Assembly: GCA_000934665.2 (NCBI GenBank)
Contig: JYFJ02001014.1
Coordinates: forward strand, 1-64,000
From: Catajapyx aquilonaris
Lineage: Eukaryota
Reading direction: 5' to 3'
Length of the DNA stretch: 64,000 bases
Positions 1 to 11,300 of this stretch are shown here, piece by piece (within the stretch, counting starts at the first letter, position 1; each line of letters starts with the position of its first letter). Made by a program: the position numbers and the translations under genes. Below the pieces are notes generated by a model that did not search any database, had not been told where the DNA came from, and saw nothing but the letters and a program-made list of their open reading frames with translations.

Positions 1-3000
1 TCATCTTTGCCCAACACGTCACTCTTGCGCTTCCCACCAAGCTTATTTGACTTCTTGCTCTTCCTAAGAGGTTGAGAAAAAAAATGCAGTTACATGCGTA
101 CCACAAAATGCCACTTCATTCCACACTGTCATGTTAATAAGAGCTTTACAGTTTATAGCAAAACAAGTTCAGCAGGGCCTCAATTGGACTACTCAATTAC
201 CCAAACATCCACACAACATCCATCCTTCTAAAACTGCACAAATCATTATTATCTCTGCAAGACAACCCTATTATCAAAAAGTGGAACGGAACTCCAATTG
301 TATACAAAGCACATGGTGGCATCCTAACGGGAAAAGTTGGACCAGATTTGGCTAAACCCATGTCAGTTGATAGAAGTTGACCTTGGTGTCAATTGTTCTG
401 GAGGACAAAGAAAATCAACTATGCCTGGCCTCTAGCTCGCACATGAAGGTCCCCTTCGTCAAGCCTGTATCAACTTCAGTGATCAATAAAGTGAGCCTGG
501 CCCCCCACGCCTTATGAGCCGTGACTCCCTGCCTAGACCCAAGGGCCTGGATAACCGCTTCCTGCTGTGCTGCTGATCTGCACCCGACCTTGTAGCCGTC
601 TTTGACCTTTGTCACGGCTCGAAAGCCTTCGTTAAGCACCATGTCCGGCAACACCTTCCTGTGAGTCTCTTTCACTCCAGCCTGAGTTTTAACCTCTTCA
701 AAGGTCACCCTCACTGGATGTTGTGGGCTCAGGGGCTCCCTCCTCAGAGCTGTGCTCCCACTGGCCACCTGAGCAAAGGAAGGGAGAGCAAAGGGGGGAT
801 CCAAAGGCACCATTCTGTCAGCGACAGTGCTCCTAGACTCTGCACACTCCGCCCCTACAGTTAGCAAAGTCTCCTCTTAGGCTCACAATCGTGGTTTCCG
901 AAGCTGCCAGTCACAGCGCCATGTCCTCCCTCTGTCCCATGACAGCCGCCAGCACATCCTTCAGCTTCAGAATCGCCAGCCACACTGTCTTCTGATCCCC
1001 CTTTGTGACAGACACCTCATTCTCATTTGATGTAGCCTGCATAACTGCATTGAAATACTTGGCTCCCTCAGTCTGAAGCTCATTGGCCAACATCTCCGAG
1101 AAATCAACCATGGTATGTTCCTGGTTGATGTTGGCTGCATCCGTGACTTCTGACACCAAAATTCTGTCAGCATTTTATTGAACATTCTTGTTCGACTTCC
1201 TCCTGGCTGCCTTCGTCTGAAGTTCCTTGGACATCTCCGAGAAATCAACCATGGTAGGTTCCTGGTTCATGTTACCTCCATCCGTGAACTCTGACATCAA
1301 AACTCGGTCAGCATTTTCTGAAACCTTCTTGTTTGCCTTCCTCCTGGCTGCCTTCGCCTGAAGACCCTTGGCTGACATCTCCGAGAAATTTGACACCAAA
1401 TCTCGGTCAGCAGTATCTTGAACCGCCTTCCTGTTCACCTTCATCCTGGCCTCCTCCTTATCCATCTCATGCTCTTGTCGTGTTCGTCCCATAATTAAAT
1501 CACATTTGAAAACAGGGGCAACAATAAAACAGATATGATTGTTGTATACCTTGAGAACGTATTAGAAAAACTCTCCAGGGAAAACAACGGGTATGATTGT
1601 TGACGTGTCTTGGTAATGCAAGACAAGAAGAATTCCACATGTCAAAGCCCAAAATGCAGATCAGAAATCTCACCCCCCTGATCCAGAAAAACATTGTGGT
1701 CCGAAGACTCAACGTCCTACGAATGCCTTGAACCATCCACCACACGACACCAAAGGCAGAACAGACCCAAAGCAGGAAGCTTGGGGTGTTGAAAGGAAAA
1801 ATATCCAGAGCTCAGCGAAAACACAGCCAACTCTAAGAGAGTTTGTTTACCTCAATTACAATGTATTGTACTATCTGGTTCAAATACTTTTGGCCACTTT
1901 ATCCTGGTCTTGAAGCAACCCTTCACACAGATCCCATGTTAAGGAGGCGTGTGTGTGTGTGTGTGTGAAGGGTTGCTTCAAGACCAGGATAAAGTGGCCA
2001 AAAGTATTTGAACCCGATAGTACATGCAATAGTCCCAACATCACAGTGTCTAACAGGATATAAGTCAGATCATTTATACATTATCGAGTTCTTTTAAAGT
2101 AAATGAATACTTACAGAAACATCAGATATGCGACACTAAACCCAACAGCTATGAAGGGTTTAGTGTTGCATATCTGATGCTTCTGTAAGTATTTCCATAA
2201 GGACCCCACCACCTTTCCATTAAATATTCTGCACTCCTCAGCAGAATAATGTCAGGTCCAAACTAGCTATCTATCCATTTCATGAATTTCAAGGCATACA
2301 TACACCTGTGCCTCATGTGCCTTCTTGAGCTCCCTCTGTCTCTGGATGTTGGTTTCATTGTATTTGAGTACACGTGTCTCTGGCACCCATTCATCCCAAC
2401 TGGAAAAAAACAACAAGAGCATGAGTATGTTTTGTCATAAATCAGCAAATTACCTGCATACACACAGTGTCAGAAGTGTGAGCACACCCAGTAAAAAGAC
2501 AACACAAAAGTTAAAACATAACTTACTGATTTTTCTTTCATAAAAAATTGTGCAGCAATGTTCACTAAGGCACAATCAAAACAAAGAAATCATAAGTTGG
2601 ACCTTTTCTTGAGTTGGAGGCTTATACACTTGAACTACAATATAACAGACTTCAAGGGACTGCAGAAAAATGTCTGTTACAGCCAGATCGTCACTTTTGC
2701 AATGAATAGCAGGTTTCTGCTTTCCAAATGGCTATAAAGCACACTACTACATACTGATTAATGAAATCCATCAAAATTGCAATATTAGGTTACCCAAAAA
2801 TTATGCAGGACTTAAAAATCAAATCCTTTTTGGCAATTTTATACCAGAAAAGGCGTATTTCGGTCCACCATCTTGGATATATCATTATTGCTGTAATTGC
2901 CCAAAGTTGTGGACTCTAAGTTTAATTTGTTGAAGGACACCATGGGTGTACAAATCAATGAAAAATGTTTATAGGAAACAACACTTCCAGGTTTGGTGGA

Positions 3001-6000
3001 CTAACATATGAATGCCAAATCGACTATATTGAAAAGGCACATTTTCCAAACAGGGTACCCATATCGCAAATATTGTTTTCAATTGCAATGTCTGCCAATA
3101 ATCTCTATTTAAACAGTACGCTGGAGGAGCACGGCGTTCCCCTCTCAACGAATCGCGTGGATTCGCTAGTCTTTCTTGAATAAGTTTTAGTCTGGGGGCC
3201 TGCCCCAGGGTTTCGCGGTTGCTTTGGCGACTCGCCCCCCGGGGGCCGTCCCCTTTCCGGCCTGGTTACTTGCGTCATTGACCCTTTTGGGGGGACTGCC
3301 TGTTCTGTCCGTCATGTGTCGTTAACTTCTCGTTGAATGTAGACGTCCGTTAACGTTGTTTGTACGCCTAGTGCGTGATAGTACTTTTCTTTTCCGACGT
3401 TTTGTTTTGTGGTCGCCGAAGACCCCTCAGGTTCTCGGCTTGTGGGTTGTGGACCACCAATAGCATCCCGCTTAACGGGCTTCTCTTTTTCAGGGACATA
3501 TTTGAATTCTCCCCTTCAGGGATAGACCGTTGCATTAATAATAGGGTTTTCTTCAGCATTTAGCACAATACGGCAGACTCTTCAAGCATAAGGCATAGTG
3601 TCCTGTAGCGAGGATTAGGGCCTTGGATCGGCCTAGAGGTTGAAAGGCTACGTCGGGCCAACCTCTATAAATATTTTCAACTGATTCCTCCTGTCAAAGA
3701 AGGCTGACGATGGTATTGGTCACACTCTCTACATTTTTATATGCACTGTGCAACAGAACTCACAGCCTGTACACTTGCCCATTTTAATTGTAACATTATT
3801 TTAGTACAGTACCAGAAGCATTCAAAAAAATTTGGCAAGGATCAAAATTACAGAAATCTACCTTGCTTATTGCAGCATGCCGGCCACCCATGGGCTATAG
3901 CGGCATGCTGGTCCACCTCGTTTTATACTGGCATGCCGCTTTATGAGAGGTATGGTGAGCCGGCAGGCAAGCCCTGGCCAGCCGGCATCATCTCACCGGC
4001 AAAATTCCCTTGAATCTCATCGGCAGCCTAATCATTCCTTTCCCTGGCTCCTTTCCCGCCTAAAAAAACTTCAAAGCCAGATTCGAGGCCACTCTCGCTG
4101 GATCTCCACAAGGTCCGCGCCATGCCCATAAAAGCGGCACCCAAGGTGCGGGCAAGGGACTCGATCAGCAGACTTCATCCGGAGAAGACCGACTTCTGAG
4201 CTCCGCAGCACGCTGGACAACCTGGTCCTTTTCAGGACCACGACCAGCCTAACCAAACGGCCCTTTTAAGGGCCAACCACGAGCCTCTGTAAAGGGTCAC
4301 TAAAGAGGTAATACGGTATCCGGATTCAACTGTAATAGAGCTTCTACTGATGTGGCTGCCATGAACTTAGATGAGTGCCACACAGATTGTGGTTTGTGTT
4401 ATATCATTCATGCTGAAACCTAAATAGGGCCCATTTGCTCACTGAAGACATGGAGAGTTACATGCAGAGCAAACACTGCAATCCTAAACTTTCCTTAAGA
4501 TGTGACATTTTTATGAGATCATATAGTTTTTGGAAGAAGGAATTCATGCAACTACCCTAATTGTGCCCAATGGCTACATTTCTAACTCTTGTATCATTTA
4601 CACAAATATAAATGTAAAATTTCAATATTTGGGAGGTGTACTCCAACTTCCGACAGGTAGTGTATTAGGCTGAATCAAGTGAAGCCTGGTCATAGAATCT
4701 GGGGAGGATACTGGTGAACGCAGGGACTTAAAACATCCACCTCAGAATGATAGCATCAATATCGCCTAAATGCATAGGTAAGAGTCTGCATGCACATGTT
4801 GTGCATGCCACCACAGCCAATCCAAGAGGGCTTGAATCCTGACTCGCATGTCCAAGAGAGATCAATGCATTATTATTCAACTTCTGACAGTCGACTAGTC
4901 GAGGGCAATAGGCCCATAGAAATCCATAGGAGAATGCTTATGGTATATGGTGCCAGCTGTGTGGCAAAGACAACTGTCATGGAGTGGTGCCGGTGTTGAA
5001 GAGGTTCCAGTGGCAAACCTATAAGCAGTTCCTTCTGTTATACAGTCAGCACTCAGGAGTTTTGAGTGCCTATTAGCGCTAATCTTGTGATACCCCAGGT
5101 AGGATGGGCAATTTGTGAACACTGTATCATAACTAAAGCTGACCATTGCAGCCAAGTAAGCCAGATGCACCTACAATCCTCTCCTATCAGCTGGTTCATA
5201 CAGGGTGAAGGGAAACTCGCAGACAATCGCCAGGTAAACTTATAATACTCGCAAAACTAATATAGGGATGTTCAATTATTAGTTTTTGGCTCTGTTAATG
5301 CGTATGGCGCCCTTAGAGTGCAGAGGGCCGGATAGTGGAATATGAGGCAAAAGCGGCAAAGTGCGTGGGTGTTGTACCCGGATTCTTTCTCTGACGGGAT
5401 TTGATCGCTTTTTGCACATGGACGATGTGTTAGGGGACACAAGAGACCGAAGGCACTCGAACTGCCCTCTGCTTCTTAGAACCTGGTGAAACTGATGTGA
5501 CGTCACGAAACTTTGACGGCACCTTACGCATTAACTACGCAACGGATCCCAAAACTTTAATTGTACATCCCTATATTAGTTTTACGAGTTCTATCAGTCA
5601 ACCAATAGATTGTCCGCGAGTGTCCCTTCACCCTGTATGCGCAATGATGACAGGCGTGATTGCAGGTTGACCCTGAAAGGTGGTCCACATATTGTCTGCC
5701 ATCTCGGAATCACCTCCACCACTCCATGGCATTGTCTTTGCCATGCAGCCAGCTCCATACACTATAAGCACCCTCCAACTGATTTCCTCCGGTCTGTTGC
5801 CTTCGGCTATCAGATATAACTTGGACACGCTCAAGAAGGTGCACACCATCTTGGATTGGCTGCAGTGGCATGCGCGGTATGCTCTGTGACGGTACTGGTA
5901 CTATATTGCCGCGTGTTCGAGTCCCTGGGTTTTCAGCAGAAGAAGCTTCATTTGATTCATGCGACTCCATCTAGCTGGCATATACTCATCCTTACTTCTT

Positions 6001-6299
6001 GTTCCATCCCGCGTAGTGAATGAGGTACCTGGCCTGCTTCTCCCTCACACTGGTCTTGAGGCACTTGGCCTCGTAGATCAGCGGCCCATGGAAGCACAGC
6101 ACCTTCTCGCCTGTTCAAAGACGCTTACGTTAGATTCATATTGCATTTAATATGAGAGCAACAGCAATGGAACGCATTGTGCCTCACCCTCCTGAAACCT
6201 GGACCTGGGGGGGCCCTGAGCACCGCTGCTGCTCGGTGTGCTGGCCGCCCCCTGCGTCCCCTTCTCCTGCGCCGCCTTGCCCTGCTTCCCTTCCTTCAT
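1..6299 (-). CDS. MRG15: Mortality factor 4-like / MRG15 chromodomain protein, 5' part (gene continues beyond the left edge)
   Basis: Spliced exons 6299-6188 (MKEGKQGK...RSRFQE), 6110-5996 (GEKVLCFHGPLIYEAKCLKTSVREKQARYLIHYAGWNK), 2399-~2306 (WDEWVPETRVLKYNETNIQRQRELKKAHEAQ) and ~63-1 (KSKKSNKLGGKRK..., phase less certain). GT-AG junctions. The translation matches the MRG15/MORF4L1 chromodomain FQEGERVLCFHGPLLYEAKC...YFIHYSGWNKNWDEWVPESRVLKY. Missed by the ORF track because it is spliced. Confidence 0.93.
415..1492 (-). mobile_element. Decayed gag-like ORF1 of a non-LTR retrotransposon, inside an MRG15 intron
   Basis: Three consecutive same-strand ORFs (1175-1492, 911-1159, 415-867) broken by stops or frameshifts. 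Contains SFAQVA and KVKDGYKVGCRS...LLITEVDTGLT segments resembling insect R1/Jockey-type ORF1 proteins. No RT seen. Confidence 0.6.
1090..1440. repeat. Imperfect tandem repeat, ~141-144 bp units, within the gag-like ORF
   Basis: ACATCTCCGAGAAAT recurs at 1090, 1231 and 1375; translation repeats (T)MVDFSEM...LQ.KAARRK. Confidence 0.85.
1867..2024. repeat. Near-perfect 63-bp inverted repeat around a (GT)n-containing loop
   Basis: 1867-1929 TGTACTATCTGGTTCAAATAC...CTTCACACA is the reverse complement of 1962-2024 with one mismatch. Confidence 0.92.
2106..2193. repeat. 38-bp inverted repeat with 12-nt loop (hairpin)
   Basis: AATACTTACAGAAACATCAGATATGCGACACTAAACCC pairs with GGGTTTAGTGTTGCATATCTGATGCTTCTGTAAGTATT, two mismatches. 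Confidence 0.9.
4790..5000 (+). mobile_element. Mariner-type transposase N-terminal HTH remnant
   Basis: EGNRPIEIHRRMLMVYGASCVAKTTVMEWCR resembles the N-terminal helix-turn-helix of mariner transposases. A diverged inverted copy lies at 5710-5890. Confidence 0.7.
5201..5635. mobile_element. Tc1/mariner-type MITE with ~75-bp imperfect TIRs and TA flanks
   Basis: TA|CAGGGTGAAGGGAAACTCGCAGACAATC...AAAACTAATATAGGGATGTTCAATTA mirrors TAATTGTACATCCCTATATTAGTTTT...GATTGTCCGCGAGTGTCCCTTCACCCTG|TA. Confidence 0.85.
5710..5890 (-). mobile_element. Second mariner HTH remnant, inverted relative to 4790-5000
   Basis: EGNRPEEISWRVLIVYGAGCMAKT; shares CATGCCAC..CAGCCAATCCAAGA and GGCAAAGACAA..CATGGAGTGGTG with the first copy. 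Confidence 0.7.
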
Positions 6300-6527
6300 C
6301 CTCTCAAGCCGAACACTGAACCGACCGGGAAAAGAACCCTCTGGAGAATTTTATTCCTCTCTGGAGAAGAAAAACCGACGCGTTCCAAGCCCTGTTGCCG
6401 CTTGGGTTAGCAACTACGCTATTCCTCTGTCGCCCGGAGGCCGGAGAGAAAGAAAAAAGCAGCTATTCCCCCTGCCTGCCACCTGGCGGCCTGGCTCCGA
6501 ACTAGTCGCCAGATGTTAGAAAGAAAA
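6300..6527. promoter_or_regulatory. Probable bidirectional promoter between MRG15 and NDUFS4
   Basis: Start codons are only 228 bp apart on opposite strands. GC-rich; a YY1-like AAAATGGCGGC overlaps the NDUFS4 ATG. Confidence 0.65.
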
Positions 6528-7796
6528 ATGGCGGCCAATCAGTTCCTCCTGGCCAGGAGCACCTTCAGGGCCATCCGACACCTCAACCATCCTCTCTGGT
6601 ACGGCTCTTTCATTGCAGAAAGGACGTACGGAATGTGCAGTCGCATTGCCACCAATGAGCACTGCGGTCAACGTCAAATTAATCTGAATTAGAAGAGTGT
6701 TCTTATGTGTGGTACTACTCCATTGCATGTATTTGGAACAGGAGTAATTATTATCATGGTAAATGAGGCTGTAGGTACTGGATGAAAATTGTCTTTTGCA
6801 GGCGCTCGTTAAGCTGCGGTCGGGTGTGCTTGAAGGAGGCGGAGATTAAGGACATTAAGGACGTGGTGCAGGTTCCAGCAGAGTCGGCACACCAGAAGAA
6901 GCTGCAGGAGTACATCACTGTTGAAGGACCGGTATGATCTGCGTACCTTCAAGCACTTTGTGGAACCGGGGAATACAGTAGAACCCCAATTATCTGTCGC
7001 CCACTGGGCTGGGGCATCGATCGGATTATCCAAGCAGTAAAAAAACTATGCATAAAAACAACGTACAATATTGCGGTTTTCTAAGAAATAGTAAATTGTT
7101 TATCCTGTGCATGCACATTCTACTGTATTGTTTTTACAATATTTAACAAAGGCGAAACAAATGTGTATAACAGTACAGTATTTAATGAGAAAACATTGCG
7201 GGATGGTCAGATAAACCGAGGAGCTGGATAATCGGGGTTCTAATGTATTTCGACAGTTGAATTGAAATTATAGACAACTTTTTCTTGTTTTGATGCAGAC
7301 TGATATAAGTCCCATTACTGGCATCCCGGAGGAACACATAAAGACCAGGCGTGTACGAATCTTCATACCGGCCAAGAATGCCATGCAGTCAGGAACGGAC
7401 AACACGCACTGCTGGAAGATGGAGTTTGAGACCAGAGAGCGGTGGGAGAACCCTCTCATGGGATGGACCTCCAGGTAAGAACTTGTGCGATGATAATAAT
7501 ACTGAAGCCAAACAGAATTTGACGGAACAATCTGGGAAGAGGAATGTTAAGACTTGACCTACGAAGAATATTTACATGAGCCATTTTGTACTCTCATCTA
7601 TGCAATTTATATTTTCAGTGGCGATCCACTGTCCAACATGAGTGTAGAATTTGATTCAAAGGATGATGCCATTGCCTTCTGCGAGAAGAACGGATGGGAA
7701 TGGAGCGTGGACGAGCGCCCCCCAAAACAAATGCGTCCCAAGTCATATGGCATCAACTTTGCTTGGAACAAGCGCACACGCGTCTCTACCAAATAA
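6528..7796 (+). CDS. NDUFS4: NADH dehydrogenase [ubiquinone] iron-sulfur protein 4 (18 kDa subunit of complex I)
   Basis: Exons 6528-6598 (mitochondrial presequence-like [19 protein letters not shown]), 6802-6931, 7299-7474 ([26 protein letters not shown]...WENPLMGW) and 7619-7796 (DPLSNM...[17 protein letters not shown]). The C-terminal RVSTK is characteristic of this subunit. Confidence 0.97.
6976..7245. mobile_element. Tc1/pogo-like MITE in NDUFS4 intron 2
   Basis: TA|CAGTAGAACCCCAATTATC ... GATAATCGGGGTTCTAATG|TA inverted termini. A related right end occurs at ~38620-38642. Confidence 0.75.
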
Positions 7797-8336
7797 GACG
7801 CACTCCAAAAGTGTTGTACAGTGTAGAACAATGTGTTAAAACAAGGTGTAAATTAAATAACATGGAGTTAACCCAAACAGATGGCTTTATTCCTCTAAAT
7901 AGCAGCCCATTAAGAATCAACAAATTGCACAAACTATGATGAAAAATAGTGAAAGGAATTAAATAAACTCTTGAACTCTATGTACAATAACAAGCACCTC
8001 ATGACACCAATTGGAATTGGTATTAGAAGCTATACATCAAATTATCCCCATAAAACCCCATAATAATATGCTATTGTCCTTACGAGCAGCATCCTAAGCA
8101 ACTCTCATTTTTATTGAATAGTGAGCAAATTGGACTCGTTTTCATTGATGATGCACCCATTGCCTCAACTTTGCAATCATTCGCAGCTGTTGCAATCATT
8201 CCATGAAAAAAATGACTTATTCTTAAAACCCATATGTTCTTTGGAATATATTATGCCCTAAAGAGCAGGAACATCTTCCGTCAGATGCTTATAGGCAGAA
8301 GCCAAGCGATTGTAAACATAATGTGAGTTAAAATTA

Positions 8337-11300
8337 CTACCTCTTGAGGATTCCGAGGGCTGCTCGGAATACTCGCAAGCCAGGTGGTACTCCCTTTGAT
8401 GCCATGGCTACAGTCCCAGCTTCAGCCCTAAATCCAGCTGTAATTAACTGCTGCACTACTTCATCCACTGGAACTGGTTGCATTGACAGCAAATGGTCAA
8501 CTATGACAGGATAGAGCGCAGATGAGATTAGTTGTGACGCAAGGCCTCGACGCAACAACAGAGACAGGACGACAGGGCTGGCAGTGCAAACTGCATTAGA
8601 CCGAAGATGGTCCACGGCCCTGTTGTACAGTTGAGGGTACCCGGAAAGGAGTGCTACTTGAAGGTACAGATCTAAGTCCTTTTGCTTGTCAATAGTATCA
8701 AGGATGCCAGATAAGCACTGCGGAAGAGAGAGAAAAAAAGCACGTTAATACACCATGATTCCAGCTAGACAGTAACTGAATGTGCTGGACAAAAACTGCT
8801 CTGTCTTACATACGGGCCATGCAGTGTGATTTTTGCCGAAAGTATATTGAAGGATGGACACATGTTGACGAAATTTGAATAAAGGTCACTCACCTGTTCA
8901 GACATAACTTGCTTCTCTCCCTGCAGCTCCTGAACCAGCTTCACCACCATTTTCTTACTTCCCTCAAGTTTTACTGCTTTCTGCACCAGCCCTGCCCAGG
9001 CCTCTTCTCCTTGGAAATCAGGCCAATCATGGAGTAGTGTTGCCAAGACCTCTGCCTGTTTCACGCTCTCTGTCCTTTCCAAGACCGTCTGAAACAACTC
9101 CAGCCTTCCATCCTCCGCATCTAAATCATCCGTCTTGACATCAACATCAGGCCACACTGGTGCGATCACTGCTTGTGTACGATACAGGCGTAACAGTGGC
9201 TCGTCCTCAAGATCAAGTGGGAAGAAATGTTGTACAGTTTGTAACACTGCTAAACGTGCTGACACTGGTACTGAAGCGTCTGAGTAAAAGGGGCGCAACT
9301 CGTCTGTTATGTCGGTGTCACTCAGCAGTTCACTGTCTGGCAGATATTCTTTCAGGGCCCGTAGCACAGTAGTTAACTGAGAGGCATCTGTGCGTATTAC
9401 CATGCGTAATGCATCCATTAGCACATCTTCCGGAGAATACACTTGTTCCGGAGGAAGTAACGCAATGATAGCCTGTAGAGTTGACAGCGACTGGTTTTCA
9501 AGCACAATACGTACAAGTAGAGCATGCACTTTGGACTCTTCACCACGGCTCAAATCAAATTCACACACATACTCTCGCATTGATCCAGTTCGTAACTTTT
9601 CCACATACTCAGTGTCTAGCTGCTCCAGATGTGACCTCCACTGTTTTAACTCATCACGTATGCTATCAGCGATATCAAAACTCTCGCACCTCCTTAGGAT
9701 CTCAGAGCGACACCGTACAGTTAAACGATCTAGTGATTCTCTACTGAAACACAAACTGTCTGCAAATTTATGCACATCTTGCTCTTTCATGAACTGGATG
9801 TAAGGTTTGCATGATTGGAACCGCTTTAACCATTCAGAATCATTTCTGCAAGCACCATTGAAGAAGTGCTTATGTGCCCATGCTGCATAAACCATTCCAC
9901 TTGACACGTGTCCATCCGGTATGCTCTCCGCTAGGGAAGCAAGGGCAGAAACATTGTCTGATGTGATCACTGGTTTAATGACATCAGCAAATTCAGCTTT
10001 CCCTCCATAAGACAGCTTCTTGTAGTCCACCAACGCAGATATCGCGGAGAGCTTTTCTAACAAAGAGAGGTGCACTGAGGTTGATCCTGGATTCAGGGCG
10101 TCCAGTATGGTGTAGTATAAGGATAAACGAGTGTGGTCAGTGCCACTAATGGATGGATACACCACACGCTCCAACCTGCAGAAAAAATTTGGCCAATCAA
10201 ACTGTTTCTTTAAATGGTAACTCTTTCCTCACCTCTTTCTCACTTCCTCCTCCTTCCCCCTCAGGGTGTTAACCAGCTTCAGCTCTTTCATCCTTTTCTG
10301 AACATCCTCAACAGCCACTCCATCTTCTAGAAGCAAGGCCTCCAGGTGAGCCAATTGCAGCTCCCACAGCTCCAGGCCATATCTGTTTGCTAACTCCACT
10401 GCCATTCCATACACTTCTGCCTCCACTGTCCTGCAAAACACAAATTAAATTGACACCGGTAGTGCAAGACTTAGCACTATGAGGACAATTATCCCAAAAT
10501 TTCACAATGTTATTCTCTTAATAAGCAATAGCTACAAACTCGTCCTTACATGGCAAGCCCCAATATGGTGTCCCTCTTGTACTCGTCATCCGTTGCAAAC
10601 CTCTGCACGTCAACCCCTCGGCCTAATCCTTGGAGCATCTCGGCTTGAGTGTAATCTGCCAACAAGCGCTGATACTGCTCAAAGCAATTTGCCACTTTAC
10701 GCTCAACAGATTCCAACTCTTTGCCTGCCAGCCTATGCTTCGCTTTGTGCACTACCTCCTGAGGTGTTAGTTTTGCAATGTCTGTCTCTGGTGGAAGCAG
10801 ACACAGTGCAAAGAAATAGGTTGCCAGATGCAATGTGACACTAGTTGCTGGGAGGGAATCAAAACACGATGCTGCCAATGAAGGATCTGCAAGAGCAAGC
10901 AAGAGGGCCAATCCCAAGGCTGAGTCCTCTGGAAGGATGTCCTGGGCTGCCTGCAACAACACAGAGGTGTCGACAGTTGTGTGCTCAGTTGCGATCGTTG
11001 CACGCAGAATGGACAGACGAAAAAGCGCTGTTGAAAATTCACACGATGAAGGTGGATCTGGGATGGAGTAACGTTCATATGTCGTTTCCAAGGCACTTGA
11101 ATGCAATGGTTGCAATGATGGGGAGCAAAAAAATGCGTGAAGACCCTGATGCTGCATGTCTGAGTTGAGTCTTGGATGAGAGGCATCGTCAGAATTGGCA
11201 GTCAAGGCACGGAGAGGGCGAAGCCACCTGTGTGGAGAAAAAGGAGCACTAATGAACATAGTCAAATAAATGAGAAATCCAGACCCATGTTTACAGTGGC

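Noticed and set aside
1090..1440. Regularly spaced repeats considered as a possible CRISPR-like array
   Set aside because: Whole ~141-144-bp units are duplicated in frame within a retroelement ORF; there are no unique spacers or cas genes, and the context is eukaryotic.
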